NCBI RefSeq assembly: GCF_017348835.2
Contig: NZ_CP071375.1
Length of the DNA stretch: 64,000 nt
Strand: one strand, 5' to 3'
Origin: Escherichia coli
Lineage (GTDB): Bacteria; Pseudomonadota; Gammaproteobacteria; Enterobacterales; Enterobacteriaceae
The notes beneath the pieces were generated by a model, which had not been told where the DNA came from, made no database searches, and saw only the letters and a list, made by a program, of their open reading frames with translations. Position numbers and translations under genes: made by a program. Every line of letters starts with the position of its first letter. The stretch's first letter is position 1. This document shows positions 50,724-61,714 of this stretch, piece after piece.

Positions 50724-51320
50724 TCAGTCACGCACCCAGCCTTTGCGGATCGGTAATGCAAAACAGAAGCGATACCACGATTGCAGACGTTGATAGAGTT
50801 TATGCCCTGTCGCTTGCCAGATAATCTGGGCGCTAAGGCAGCCAATCATACCTGCCAGCAATCCACCGAGCATATCCAGCGGCCAGTGGACGCCAAGATA
50901 AACGCGCGACCAGGCAATGACGAAGGCCAGCGCCATTAAAAGTGAGCCGGACCACAGGCGATGCCAGCATAAAAATGCCAGTGCAAAGGTGAAAATCACC
51001 GTACCGTGGTCGCTTGGGAATGAGTCATCCGCCGCATGATGCAGGAAGTTATAGCCGATATTTTCGACAAATGGTCGGTCGTGCGGAAAAAGATGTCCCA
51101 TCGTCCAGGACACAAACAGGCTGACCGCCAGCGCGATAGCGATTTTTATCACCAGTTGCCGTTGTGCTGTAAGCCCCCACAACCAAAGTACCGCGGCCAG
51201 CAGCGGCACCACGGTAATCAAATCTTTAGCAATAAAAATCGCCAACGAGATCATCCACGGAGCCGAGTCTGGCGTCGCGTTAATAAGAGAGAATAGAGAG
51301 AGATTCAAATTTTCCAGCAT
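50724..51320 (-). CDS. ybjG: Undecaprenyl-pyrophosphate phosphatase YbjG (PAP2 family)
   Basis: ORF 50724..51335 trimmed to MLENLNLSLF start (198 aa). Confidence 0.85.
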   Translation of the reverse strand: MLENLNLSLFSLINATPDSAPWMISLAIFIAKDLITVVPLLAAVLWLWGLTAQRQLVIKIAIALAVSLFVSWTMGHLFPHDRPFVENIGYNFLHHAADDSFPSDHGTVIFTFALAFLCWHRLWSGSLLMALAFVIAWSRVYLGVHWPLDMLGGLLAGMIGCLSAQIIWQATGHKLYQRLQSWYRFCFALPIRKGWVRD

Positions 51321-51604
51321 AACTTCCCGACGCAAAGTGATTAAAAGGGAGCCAATACAGGCAAGTCGTTGAGAATAAAGTGCAGGTTAAACTGGGTAAA
51401 GCGGCATCGTCTTATTTCCCTCAAGCGGCCTGTTTACGGTGGGTGATTGTAACGGGCATAGGTTAAATAAAACTTAAAGAAAGCGTAGCTATACTCGCAA
51501 TAATGTAAGAATGTGCTTAACCGCGGTTTCAGCTACAAAATTCGCTTTCTCGTTAGCTGCGCTTTTATTAAACTTTGCGCGATTATTATTGGCGAAGAAA
51601 TTGC

Positions 51605-52837
51605 ATGCAAAATAAATTAGCTTCCGGTGCCAGGCTTGGACGTCAGGCGTTACTTTTCCCTCTTTGTCTGGTGCTGTACGAATTTTCAACCTATATCGGC
51701 AACGATATGATTCAACCCGGTATGTTGGCCGTGGTGGAACAATATCAGGCGGGCATTGATTGGGTTCCTACTTCGATGACCGCATATCTGGCGGGCGGGA
51801 TGTTTTTACAATGGCTCCTGGGGCCGCTGTCGGATCGTATTGGTCGCCGTCCGGTGATGCTGGCGGGAGTGGTGTGGTTTATTGTCACCTGTCTGGCAAT
51901 ATTACTGGCGCAAAACATTGAACAATTCACCCTGTTGCGCTTCTTGCAGGGCATAAGCCTCTGTTTCATTGGCGCTGTGGGATACGCCGCAATTCAGGAA
52001 TCCTTCGAAGAGGCGGTTTGTATCAAGATCACCGCGCTGATGGCGAACGTGGCGCTGATTGCTCCGCTACTTGGTCCGCTGGTGGGCGCGGCGTGGATCC
52101 ATATGCTGCCCTGGGAAGGGATGTTCGTCTTGTTTGCCGCATTGGCAGCGATCTCCTTTTTCGGTCTACAACGAGCCATGCCTGAAACCGCCACGCGTAT
52201 AGGCGAGAAACTGTCACTGAAAGAACTCGGTCGTGACTATAAGCTGGTGCTGAAGAACGGCCGCTTTGTGGCGGGGGCGCTGGCGCTGGGATTCGTTAGC
52301 CTGCCGTTGCTGGCGTGGATCGCCCAGTCGCCGATTATCATCATTACCGGCGAGCAGTTGAGCAGCTATGAATATGGCTTGCTGCAAGTGCCTATTTTCG
52401 GGGCGTTAATTGCGGGTAACTTGCTGTTAGCGCGTCTGACCTCGCGCCGCACCGTACGTTCGCTGATTATTATGGGCGGCTGGCCGATTATGATTGGTCT
52501 GTTGGTCGCTGCTGCGGCAACGGTTATCTCATCGCACGCGTATTTATGGATGACTGCCGGGTTAAGTATTTATGCTTTCGGTATTGGTCTGGCGAATGCG
52601 GGACTGGTGCGATTAACCCTGTTTGCCAGCGATATGAGTAAAGGTACGGTTTCTGCGGCGATGGGAATGCTGCAAATGCTGATCTTTACCGTCGGTATTG
52701 AAATCAGCAAACATGCCTGGCTGAACGGGGGCAACGGACTGTTTAATCTCTTCAACCTTGTCAACGGAATTTTGTGGCTGTCGCTGATGGTTATCTTTTT
52801 AAAAGATAAACAGATGGGAAATTCTCACGAAGGGTAA
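51605..52837 (+). CDS. mdfA: Multidrug efflux MFS transporter MdfA (Cmr)
   Basis: ORF 51575..52837 trimmed to [20 protein letters not shown] start (410 aa). Confidence 0.9.
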   Translation: MQNKLASGARLGRQALLFPLCLVLYEFSTYIGNDMIQPGMLAVVEQYQAGIDWVPTSMTAYLAGGMFLQWLLGPLSDRIGRRPVMLAGVVWFIVTCLAILLAQNIEQFTLLRFLQGISLCFIGAVGYAAIQESFEEAVCIKITALMANVALIAPLLGPLVGAAWIHMLPWEGMFVLFAALAAISFFGLQRAMPETATRIGEKLSLKELGRDYKLVLKNGRFVAGALALGFVSLPLLAWIAQSPIIIITGEQLSSYEYGLLQVPIFGALIAGNLLLARLTSRRTVRSLIIMGGWPIMIGLLVAAAATVISSHAYLWMTAGLSIYAFGIGLANAGLVRLTLFASDMSKGTVSAAMGMLQMLIFTVGIEISKHAWLNGGNGLFNLFNLVNGILWLSLMVIFLKDKQMGNSHEG

Positions 52838-52841
52838 AAAA

Positions 52842-52871
52842 ATGCCTGATTGCTTTGTACGATCAGGCATT
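52842..52871. terminator. Bidirectional terminator between mdfA and ybjH
   Basis: 10-bp stem aatgcctgat/atcaggcatt with A-run upstream (T-run on minus strand). Confidence 0.6.
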
Positions 52872-52877
52872 CTCGAA

Positions 52878-53162
52878 TTAATGGTGATGGTCGTCAATCT
52901 GGTGTTCGATAACCATCCCTTCACCTACGCTGGCAAGATGGCGAACATAAGGATGCGGGCGGTAAGCCGGAGCTGGCGCAGGAGCCACATAGACGGTTTG
53001 CGGCACAGTCGCGACGCTGACCGCTTGTGGAACGCTGACTGAATCAGGAACCACAACCACTTTGTATCCACTCGGCACATCGACGGTGACACTTTGCGCC
53101 ATCGCCACACCAGTAAAGCCCATTAAAAGCGCGCCCAACAGTAGACAATTTTTCATAATCAT
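52878..53162 (-). CDS. ybjH: Small secreted protein YbjH, function unknown
   Basis: 94-aa ORF with N-terminal signal peptide. Confidence 0.8.
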   Translation of the reverse strand: MIMKNCLLLGALLMGFTGVAMAQSVTVDVPSGYKVVVVPDSVSVPQAVSVATVPQTVYVAPAPAPAYRPHPYVRHLASVGEGMVIEHQIDDHHH

Positions 53163-53246
53163 TTCGCCTGAAATAATGCAGCGGGTTAATTTCCGCGAAT
53201 TATGCAGCCTTCATTCAGGTATTGTGTTGCCGGGCGTGCTGCCGTT

Positions 53247-54062
53247 TTATTGGTTAAATGGCGCTTCGTGTTTAAGCACTTTATCGATCACATCCAGTAC
53301 GCCTTCACGGTTATTGGAGCCTGCCCGGTATTTTGCCGCTGCGACGACCGCGCTGCCGGCATTTTCCATTGCAAAACTAAAGCCTGCCTGACGCAGCATC
53401 TCAATATCGTTACCGCCATCGCCAAAGACCACCACTTCGCTGTCGTCTATTCCCCATAATTTCTGCAGTTGGCGAAGGCCATTGGCTTTATGTACGCCGG
53501 GGATAATCAGATCGATGCTGCCGTTGCCGGTGTGGACCGGCACCATAATATCGCCGATGGCCTCATGTAATGCTTTTTGTACTTGTGGAATCAGTTCATC
53601 GGAAAGATTCAGGCCAAACTTAAAGAAGATATCTTCTAAGTTGTCAAAGTTATCGACGTATTCCAGACGGTGATAATACATTTCCGCCACCGTTTTCATG
53701 GCATCGTCATATTTTTTGAGCGTATAGGCGCTATTTTTTCCACAGGCAATAATTTCCACTTCCGGGCGCGTCAGCAAATGTTCCACGACAGTAGTAAACG
53801 CATCCTTCGACAGCTCGCCATTAAAAACATCTTTGCCTTCACTCACTACCCAGCCGCCGTTTTCAGCCACAAAGGCAATTTCATTAGCAATTTCAGGGAA
53901 GAAAGAGATCAACTGATAATATTGATTCCCGCTGGCGACCACAAAGCGAATGCCTTGTGCTTTCATTTGCTGATACTGAGCCATAAACCGCTCACGGTTA
54001 TAGGTTTTTTGATCGCTTAAGAAAGTACCATCCATGTCTACCGCAATTAATTTAATGCTCAT
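53247..54062 (-). CDS. ybjI: Cof-type HAD phosphatase YbjI
   Basis: 271/272-aa ORF (two adjacent ATG) with DMDGT motif; paralog of ybiV. Confidence 0.85.
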   Translation of the reverse strand: MSIKLIAVDMDGTFLSDQKTYNRERFMAQYQQMKAQGIRFVVASGNQYYQLISFFPEIANEIAFVAENGGWVVSEGKDVFNGELSKDAFTTVVEHLLTRPEVEIIACGKNSAYTLKKYDDAMKTVAEMYYHRLEYVDNFDNLEDIFFKFGLNLSDELIPQVQKALHEAIGDIMVPVHTGNGSIDLIIPGVHKANGLRQLQKLWGIDDSEVVVFGDGGNDIEMLRQAGFSFAMENAGSAVVAAAKYRAGSNNREGVLDVIDKVLKHEAPFNQ

Positions 54063-55270
54063 CAACTATTCTCCATCGCCGTCTGCGTTTTGGTATCGGG
54101 TTTGGCGACGGCTTTCGCGACAATAGCCGCGAGAATAACCAGCGCCAGTACAACCAGCATTGCACTACGTAATCCATAATGTTCGCCGAGATAGCCCAGT
54201 AGCGGCGGCCCGACGAGGAAAGCCAGATAACCGGTCGTTGCTACCACACTGACGCGGGTTGGTGCATCGGGGCCGGTATCGCTGGCGGCAGAAATGGTCA
54301 GCGGGAAGCCCAGCGAGGCACCCAGTCCCCAGAGTACAACAGACACCCCAGCGACCCAGGCGCTATCGACAAAAATAATCAGCCCAATACCCAACGCCCC
54401 CATTAGCGCACTGGCCCGAACCACGGCAACGCGACTGTAACGGTCGATGAACCAACCGCCGGTGAAGCGTCCAACGGTCATCCCAAGGGTAAAACCGGCA
54501 TAAATCAGCGAGCCGGAAGTAGGGCTAAAACCGTGACCGTCAACCATTAATAAGGGTAACCAGTCGTTGGCAGAACCTTCGGCAAAGGCCATCGCCAGCA
54601 CCACAACACCAATCAGCAGCAACTGGATATCGCGATAAAAAGGTACGCCTTTTTCGCCATGCTGGGTGCCATCGGCAGCATTTTTGCCCGTACCGTCAGG
54701 GATTGCCTGAATGGCGATATAAATAGGCGCGATGCCTACCAGCGCCGCCAATAAAATGTGCACCGTTGCCGGAACGCCAAAGGCCGTCAGTGCCATCCCG
54801 ACACCTGCGCCTGCCAGCGTACCCAGGCTATAAAAACCGTGCATCATCGGCAAAACCGTCTTATTCATTTCTCGCTCAACGGCAGCACCTTCAACGTTTA
54901 TCGCCACTTCCGCAGAACCAAAACTTGCCCCAAAGACGCCGAGACCAACCGCGAAGAGCAGGGGCGATGTCAGCCAGAGTGCCAGACTTAATATCATCAT
55001 CCCGACCAATGCGCAGGACATGGTGACCAGGATGACATTACGTGTTCCAAAGCGTTTCACTAACCACGCCGAGCAGAGAATACCGCTCATCGAACCGATC
55101 GACAGACCAAAGAGAACACCGCCCATTTCAGCGATCGAGACAGAGAGAATATCGCGGATAGCAGGCGTACGGGTTGCCCAGGACGCCATTAACAGGCCTG
55201 GCAAAAAGAAGAACATAAACAGCGCCCAGGTTCGGCGTTTCAATGCATTACGTGAAGAATTTACGGTCAT
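54062..55270 (-). CDS. ybjJ: MFS transporter YbjJ
   Basis: 402-aa polytopic membrane ORF. Confidence 0.88.
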   Translation of the reverse strand: MTVNSSRNALKRRTWALFMFFFLPGLLMASWATRTPAIRDILSVSIAEMGGVLFGLSIGSMSGILCSAWLVKRFGTRNVILVTMSCALVGMMILSLALWLTSPLLFAVGLGVFGASFGSAEVAINVEGAAVEREMNKTVLPMMHGFYSLGTLAGAGVGMALTAFGVPATVHILLAALVGIAPIYIAIQAIPDGTGKNAADGTQHGEKGVPFYRDIQLLLIGVVVLAMAFAEGSANDWLPLLMVDGHGFSPTSGSLIYAGFTLGMTVGRFTGGWFIDRYSRVAVVRASALMGALGIGLIIFVDSAWVAGVSVVLWGLGASLGFPLTISAASDTGPDAPTRVSVVATTGYLAFLVGPPLLGYLGEHYGLRSAMLVVLALVILAAIVAKAVAKPDTKTQTAMENS

Positions 55271-55353
55271 AGATCACGTCAAAATAAGAAGAGGGAAGAC
55301 AACATTAGCAAGGTTGTGTACATTTGTACACAATTGCAGACAGAGGAAATGAC

Positions 55354-55890
55354 ATGCGTCGCGCTAACGATCCGCAACGGCGAGAAAAAATTATCCAGGC
55401 CACGCTGGAGGCGGTGAAACTTTACGGAATACATGCTGTTACGCACCGCAAAATTGCTACCCTTGCCGGGGTACCGTTGGGATCGATGACCTACTATTTT
55501 TCAGGAATTGATGAGTTGTTGCTGGAGGCGTTCAGCAGTTTTACTGAGATCATGTCCCGGCAATATCAGGCATTTTTTAGCGATGTTAGTGATGCTCAAG
55601 GCGCATGCCAGGCTATCACCGATATGATCTACAGCTCACAGGTGGCAACGCCGGATAACATGGAGCTGATGTACCAGCTCTACGCGCTGGCTAGCCGAAA
55701 ACCGCTATTAAAAACGGTAATGCAAAACTGGATGCAGCGTAGTCAGCAAACGCTCGAACAATGGTTTGAACCCGGAACCGCCCGCGCGCTTGATGCGTTT
55801 ATTGAGGGGATGACGCTGCATTTTGTCACCGACCGTAAGCCGCTATCGCGCGAGGAGATTTTGAGGATGGTTGAGAGGGTTGCTGGGTAG
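55354..55890 (+). CDS. rcdA: TetR-family transcriptional regulator RcdA (YbjK)
   Basis: ORF 55324..55890 trimmed to [15 protein letters not shown] start (178 aa). Confidence 0.88.
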   Translation: MRRANDPQRREKIIQATLEAVKLYGIHAVTHRKIATLAGVPLGSMTYYFSGIDELLLEAFSSFTEIMSRQYQAFFSDVSDAQGACQAITDMIYSSQVATPDNMELMYQLYALASRKPLLKTVMQNWMQRSQQTLEQWFEPGTARALDAFIEGMTLHFVTDRKPLSREEILRMVERVAG

Positions 55891-55907
55891 TAGATAAATT
55901 TTAGGCA

Positions 55908-55988
55908 ACAAAAAACCCACCAACCTTGAACCGAAATGGCGGGGTTGATGGGCTCCACAAAATGGGGACATCAAAGAAAAGCAGTGGC
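55908..55988 (-). ncRNA. rybB: Small RNA RybB (sigma-E-dependent, Hfq-binding)
   Basis: Minus strand reads gccactgcttttctttgatgtccccattttgtggagcccatcaaccccgccatttcggttcaaggttggtgggtttttt, matching RybB from memory, including terminator hairpin and U-tail. Confidence 0.9.
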
Positions 55989-56024
55989 ACTAATTAAGAC
56001 TGATGCCCTGCGGAAAAGTTCTGC
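55989..56024 (-). promoter_or_regulatory. Sigma-E promoter of rybB
   Basis: Minus-strand GAACTT (-35) about 16 bp upstream of a TCTTAA -10-like element, immediately 5' of the RybB +1. Confidence 0.55.
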
Positions 56025-56064
56025 GGTTGTGCAAAAAAATTTCATTTTCAGGGCAACTTCAGTT

Positions 56065-57750
56065 TTATCCTAATCCAGGCCATACCATGACGATGATTGT
56101 CCCTGCCAGCGTCAGCAGAACGTTGGCGATTGCGTAGGTGCCCGCATAGCCCAGCGCCGGGATGTTACTGCGAGCTGTATCACTGATGATCTCCATTGCC
56201 GGCGCGCAGGTGCGTGCGCCCATCATTGCGCCGAACAACAGTGCGCGGTTCATTCGCAATACATAAGCACCGAACAAGAAACAGATAACCACGGGCACCA
56301 GACTGACAATCAATCCGGCAATCAACATTTGACCGCCAATCGCGCCCAGACCGTTATTAATACCGCTACCGGCGCTCAGACCAACGCCTGCCATAAACAC
56401 CATTAAGCCGAACTCTTTCACCATGCTTAATGCACCCTGCGGAATGTAACCGAAGGTCGGGTGGTTAGCACGCATAAAGCCCAGCATAATTCCGGCGAAT
56501 AACAACCCGGCAGCGTTCCCCATGCCGAAACTGAATGTGCTGAACTGGAATGTGATCATCCCGATCATCAGCCCAATAACAAAGAAGGCGCAGAATGCCA
56601 GCAGGTCAGTGACCTGGCTGTGAATCGAGATAAAGCCGATGCGATCGGCGATAGTTTTTACGCGGCGGGCATCGCCGCTGACTTGTAAAACGTCACCTTT
56701 GTTAAGCACGACGTTGTCATCTATCGGCATCTCAATCTGGCTACGAATGACGCGGTTAAGGAAGCAACCGTGATCGGTCAACTTCAGTTGTGCGAGACGT
56801 TTACCTACAGCGTTATGGTTTTTAACGACCACTTCTTCAGTGACGATACGCATGTCGAGAAGGTCACGATCGAAAACTTCTTTACCGTTACGGAAGCTGG
56901 GATCGAGTCGGGCATGGGCGTCGGGATAGCCTACCAACGCTATTTCATCGCCCATTTGTAGCACGGCATCACCGTCTGGATTTGCCAGAATCCCGTTACG
57001 TCGAATACGTTCAATGTAGCAGCCGGTTTGTCGATAAATACCCAGTTCACGCAGATTTTTGCCGTCGGTCCAGGCCACCAGCTCCGGGCCGACGCGATAG
57101 GCGCGGATCACCGGTAAATAAACCTTACGGTTGGCATCAGTGTCCAGGCCACGTTCGCGGGCTATTTGCTGGGCGCTGGTCTGTAAGTCCTGATGCTGCA
57201 ATTTCGGCAAGTAACGCGCACCAACAATCAAACTCACCAGACCGATTAAATAGGTTAAGGCATATCCGAGGCTCAGATTATCCAGTGCCAGTGAGAGCTG
57301 CCTGCTTTCCATACCGGAATGACGCAGTGTATCGCCAGCACCGACCAGAACCGGTGTCGACGTCATAGAGCCTGCTAACATACCGGCCGTCAGGCCAATA
57401 TCCCAGCCAAACAGCTTACCTAACCCTAAGGCGATCACCAGCGCACTGCCAACCATCACCAGTGCTAACATTAGGTAATTTTTCCCATCGCGAAAAAAAA
57501 TGGAAAAAAAGTTCGGTCCGGCTTCAACCCCAACACAGAAAATAAACAGCATAAAGCCAAGATTAAGCGCATCGGTGTTAATGCTGAAATGTTGTTGGCC
57601 TAATAACAGCGATACGACTAAAACGCCAATGGAATTACCCAGTTGGATCGAACCAAGTCGTAACTTTCCGAGACATAGCCCAAGCGCGAGGACCACAAAT
57701 AATAACAGAATGTAATTCCCATTTAACAATTCGGCGACGTTTATATTCAC
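56065..57750 (-). CDS. ybjL: AAE-family putative transporter YbjL
   Basis: 561-aa ORF with two membrane domains flanking TrkA-C-like regions. Confidence 0.88.
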
Positions 57751-58019
57751 GGAGGCTAACTTCTTGTTTACTAGTAAGCTGTTGAAAGAAATGGTAATTT
57801 ACGATAATGTTTTTTACCAGAATTCAGGGCGCAGATTCATTCAGCGCACCTAAACGATAGTAAAGTAACAATATATTTTACTAGTGTAATCACATTAGGT
57901 ATCAACGGCTATATGAATTGCGTTGGCCTATATTAGCATGGAATGCGAAGCGGCTTTATCTTACTAAACGCCACACTGGCGAAAAATGTGTTCGATAGAC
58001 GCAGTGTCAGGAGGAACGA

Positions 58020-58397
58020 GTGAAACATAAACAACGTTGGGCGGGGGCAATCTGCTGTTTTGTCCTCTTCATTGTGGTGTGCCTTTTTCTGGCGACGCAC
58101 ATGAAAGGCGCTTTTCGGGCTGCCGGGCATCCTGAAATCGGCTTGCTGTTTTTCATTCTTCCTGGAGCAGTTGCCAGTTTCTTTTCACAGCGTAGAGAAG
58201 TCCTGAAACCTCTATTTGGCGCAATGCTGGCGGCACCCTGTTCAATGCTTATTATGCGGCTGTTTTTTTCACCGACCCGCTCATTCTGGCAAGAGCTGGC
58301 ATGGTTACTAAGCGCGGTGTTCTGGTGTGCGCTGGGGGCACTGTGTTTCTTATTTATCAGTAGTTTGTTTAAACCACAGCACAGAAAAAATCAGTAA
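58020..58397 (+). CDS. ybjM: Inner membrane protein YbjM
   Basis: 125-aa hydrophobic ORF. Confidence 0.8.
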   Translation: MKHKQRWAGAICCFVLFIVVCLFLATHMKGAFRAAGHPEIGLLFFILPGAVASFFSQRREVLKPLFGAMLAAPCSMLIMRLFFSPTRSFWQELAWLLSAVFWCALGALCFLFISSLFKPQHRKNQ

Positions 58398-58426
58398 AGC
58401 CCTCAACGCGAGGGCTTGTCAGACGA

Positions 58427-58684
58427 TCAGGCGTCCAGATTTTCTTTCACCCATGCAGCAAAATCGGTATAGCCGCCGATATGTTGCTGATCGACAAAAA
58501 TCTGCGGCACGGTTTCTACGGGTTTACCTGCCTTTTGTTGTAGATCTTCTTTAGTGATCCCTTCCGCACGAATATCTACATACTGATACTGAAAATCATC
58601 GCGTTCATTGCTCAATTTCTCAGCCAGATCTTTTGCACGCACACAGTAAGGGCAACCCGGACGACCAAAAATAACGGTTTGCAT
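58427..58684 (-). CDS. grxA: Glutaredoxin 1
   Basis: ORF 58427..58699 trimmed to MQTVIFGRPGCPYCVRAK start (85 aa); CPYC active site. Confidence 0.93.
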   Translation of the reverse strand: MQTVIFGRPGCPYCVRAKDLAEKLSNERDDFQYQYVDIRAEGITKEDLQQKAGKPVETVPQIFVDQQHIGGYTDFAAWVKENLDA

Positions 58685-58843
58685 TATTTCTCTCCTCATA
58701 GATTTATGCCTGTAATGATCACGCTAAAATGTATTCGCTGAAAGTAGGTTTAACCTGTTGCATTAATTGCTAAAAGCTATAACTGTTAAACACAATACAG
58801 TGAAAAGTTTTAGACTGAAGGCTCACTTTGCAGAGGGAAGCGT

Positions 58844-59131
58844 ATGCGCGCGATCGGTAAATTGCCTAAAAGCGTGTTGATACTGGAATTTATCGGAATG
58901 ATGTTGCTGGCGGTGGCGCTGCTGTCGGTAAGCGACTCCCTGTCGCTGCCTGAGCCATTTTCTCGGCCAGAAGTGCAGATTCTGATGATTTTTCTCGGTG
59001 TTTTGCTCATGCTTCCCGCTGCGGTGGTGGTTATTCTTCAGGTGGCAAAACGTCTTGCCCCACAGCTGATGAACCGTCCACCGCAATATTCACGTTCAGA
59101 AAGAGAAAAAGATAATGACGCCAACCATTGA
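58844..59131 (+). CDS. ybjC: Small membrane protein YbjC
   Basis: 95-aa ORF overlapping nfsA start by 17 nt. Confidence 0.82.
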   Translation: MRAIGKLPKSVLILEFIGMMLLAVALLSVSDSLSLPEPFSRPEVQILMIFLGVLLMLPAAVVVILQVAKRLAPQLMNRPPQYSRSEREKDNDANH

Positions 59132-59837
59132 ACTTATTTGTGGCCATCGCTCCATTCGCCATTTCACTGATGAACCCATTTCCGAAGCGCAGCGTGAGGC
59201 GATTATTAACAGCGCCCGTGCGACGTCCAGTTCCAGTTTTTTGCAGTGTAGTAGCATTATTCGCATTACCGACAAAGCATTACGTGAAGAACTGGTGACG
59301 CTGACCGGCGGGCAAAAACACGTAGCGCAAGCGGCGGAGTTCTGGGTGTTCTGTGCCGACTTTAACCGCCATTTACAGATCTGTCCGGATGCTCAGCTCG
59401 GCCTGGCGGAACAACTGTTGCTCGGTGTCGTTGATACGGCAATGATGGCGCAGAATGCATTAACCGCAGCGGAATCGCTGGGATTGGGCGGCGTATATAT
59501 CGGCGGCCTGCGCAATAATATTGAAGCGGTGACGAAACTGCTGAAATTACCGCAGCATGTTCTGCCGCTGTTTGGGCTGTGCCTTGGCTGGCCTGCGGAT
59601 AATCCGGATCTCAAGCCGCGTTTACCGGCCTCCATTTTGGTGCATGAAAACAGCTATCAACCGCTGGATAAAGACGCACTGGCGCAGTATGACGAGCAAC
59701 TGGCGGAATATTACCTCACCCGTGGCAGCAATAATCGCCGGGATACCTGGAGCGATCATATCCGCCGAACAATCATTAAAGAAAGCCGCCCATTTATTCT
59801 GGATTATTTGCACAAACAGGGTTGGGCGACGCGCTAA
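59115..59837 (+). CDS. nfsA: Oxygen-insensitive NADPH nitroreductase NfsA
   Basis: 240-aa ORF; recognised sequence. Confidence 0.93.
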   Translation: MTPTIELICGHRSIRHFTDEPISEAQREAIINSARATSSSSFLQCSSIIRITDKALREELVTLTGGQKHVAQAAEFWVFCADFNRHLQICPDAQLGLAEQLLLGVVDTAMMAQNALTAAESLGLGGVYIGGLRNNIEAVTKLLKLPQHVLPLFGLCLGWPADNPDLKPRLPASILVHENSYQPLDKDALAQYDEQLAEYYLTRGSNNRRDTWSDHIRRTIIKESRPFILDYLHKQGWATR

Positions 59838-59897
59838 AACCGCCACGTCGATGTATGATACGCGGGCTTTTGACCAGGTCTGACAGAGAGGTGCAGG

Positions 59898-60800
59898 GTG
59901 AAAATTGCCATATTGTCCCGGGATGGAACGCTCTATTCGTGTAAGCGGCTGCGTGAAGCCGCTATACAGCGCGGTCACCTGGTTGAAATTCTTGATCCGC
60001 TTTCTTGCTACATGAACATAAATCCTGCGGCGTCTTCTATTCACTACAAAGGCCGCAAGTTACCCCATTTTGACGCAGTGATCCCGCGTATTGGCACCGC
60101 CATTACCTTTTATGGGACGGCGGCACTGCGCCAGTTCGAGATGCTGGGGAGCTATCCGCTCAATGAGTCGGTCGCCATTGCCCGGGCGCGTGACAAATTG
60201 CGTTCCATGCAACTGCTGGCGCGTCAGGGCATCGACCTGCCTGTCACGGGCATTGCGCATTCGCCGGATGATACCAGCGATTTAATCGACATGGTCGGTG
60301 GTGCGCCGCTGGTGGTCAAGTTGGTTGAAGGCACGCAGGGAATTGGCGTCGTGCTGGCGGAGACGCGTCAGGCGGCGGAAAGCGTGATTGACGCTTTCCG
60401 CGGTCTGAACGCGCATATTCTGGTGCAGGAATATATCAAAGAGGCGCAAGGGTGCGATATCCGCTGTCTGGTTGTTGGCGATGAAGTGGTCGCTGCGATT
60501 GAACGGCGGGCGAAAGAGGGCGATTTTCGTTCCAATTTGCATCGTGGCGGCGCGGCAAGCGTCGCCAGTATCACACCACAGGAGCGTGAAATCGCGATAA
60601 AAGCCGCGCGAACGATGGCGCTGGACGTTGCTGGTGTGGATATTCTGCGTGCTAATCGCGGGCCGTTGGTGATGGAAGTGAATGCGTCGCCGGGGCTGGA
60701 AGGAATAGAAAAAACCACCGGTATCGACATCGCGGGTAAAATGATCCGCTGGATCGAACGCCACGCTACGACAGAATATTGCCTGAAAACGGGTGGTTAG
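59898..60800 (+). CDS. rimK: Ribosomal protein S6 glutamate ligase RimK (ATP-grasp)
   Basis: 300-aa ORF. Confidence 0.93.
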   Translation: MKIAILSRDGTLYSCKRLREAAIQRGHLVEILDPLSCYMNINPAASSIHYKGRKLPHFDAVIPRIGTAITFYGTAALRQFEMLGSYPLNESVAIARARDKLRSMQLLARQGIDLPVTGIAHSPDDTSDLIDMVGGAPLVVKLVEGTQGIGVVLAETRQAAESVIDAFRGLNAHILVQEYIKEAQGCDIRCLVVGDEVVAAIERRAKEGDFRSNLHRGGAASVASITPQEREIAIKAARTMALDVAGVDILRANRGPLVMEVNASPGLEGIEKTTGIDIAGKMIRWIERHATTEYCLKTGG

Positions 60801-60887
60801 TCGCAATCACATTACTGATCATGGTTTTGCCTGCGCTTTTTGCGTAAGCTGTGCCGGTCTTTTTATCGAAAGAGGTTGTACAAAATT

Positions 60888-61364
60888 ATGACATCGCTGG
60901 TCGTTCCTGGTCTGGATACGCTGCGTCAATGGCTCGATGACCTGGGGATGAGTTTTTTTGAATGTGATAACTGTCAGGCTCTGCATCTGCCCCATATGCA
61001 GAATTTCGACGGTGTCTTTGATGCCAAAATCGATCTGATCGATAACACGATCCTGTTTTCTGCCATGGCGGAAGTCCGACCTTCAGCCGTATTGCCGCTG
61101 GCGGCGGATTTATCTGCCATCAATGCCAGTTCGCTGACCGTGAAGGCATTTCTTGATATGCAGGATGATAATCTGCCAAAGCTGGTGGTTTGCCAGTCTT
61201 TATCCGTTATGCAGGGCGTAACCTATGAGCAGTTTGCATGGTTCGTGCGTCAGAGCGAAGAGCAGATTTCGATGGTCATTCTTGAAGCTAATGCCCATCA
61301 ACTGCTGTTACCGACTGACGATGAAGGGCAAAACAACGTTACCGAAAACTATTTCCTCCACTGA
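60888..61364 (+). CDS. ybjN: YbjN (putative sensory transduction regulator family)
   Basis: ORF 60840..61364 trimmed to MTSLVVPGLD start (158 aa). Confidence 0.85.
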   Translation: MTSLVVPGLDTLRQWLDDLGMSFFECDNCQALHLPHMQNFDGVFDAKIDLIDNTILFSAMAEVRPSAVLPLAADLSAINASSLTVKAFLDMQDDNLPKLVVCQSLSVMQGVTYEQFAWFVRQSEEQISMVILEANAHQLLLPTDDEGQNNVTENYFLH

Positions 61365-61714
61365 TAACTCCTTTCGAGCACGCAGTCGCTGGTGCAGTGA
61401 CTGCGCGCTGCAAAATTATCTGCTGTTTTTAACCTTTTCTTAAAGATTATTTCACTTCTCTTGTGTCGATTTGGCTTTATCACATAGAGCAAATACGCAT
61501 AAAAATTTGTTAAATACCGTTTTTTAATCCGAGCTATAGTCTCAAACCCTGGCTAAAGTTATTCTTGCGATGCTTTTATATAGCGAGCAGTGCTGGCCGG
61601 GAGAGAGTTCTCTTTTCTTACACCGCGCCGATAAAAAATATGCACGTTTATTGCATATCTTTCAGTGTGACAACTTTTGTTCGTTTGTTAACGAACTTTC
61701 AGAAGGAAAGAGAT

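Noticed and set aside
51489-51689. 66-aa minus-strand ORF in the ybjG-mdfA intergenic region
   Set aside because: Overlaps the mdfA start and likely promoter, with no RBS or recognisable domain; probably non-coding.
57933-58130. 65-aa minus-strand ORF between ybjL and ybjM
   Set aside because: Antisense to the ybjM start, with no supporting signals.
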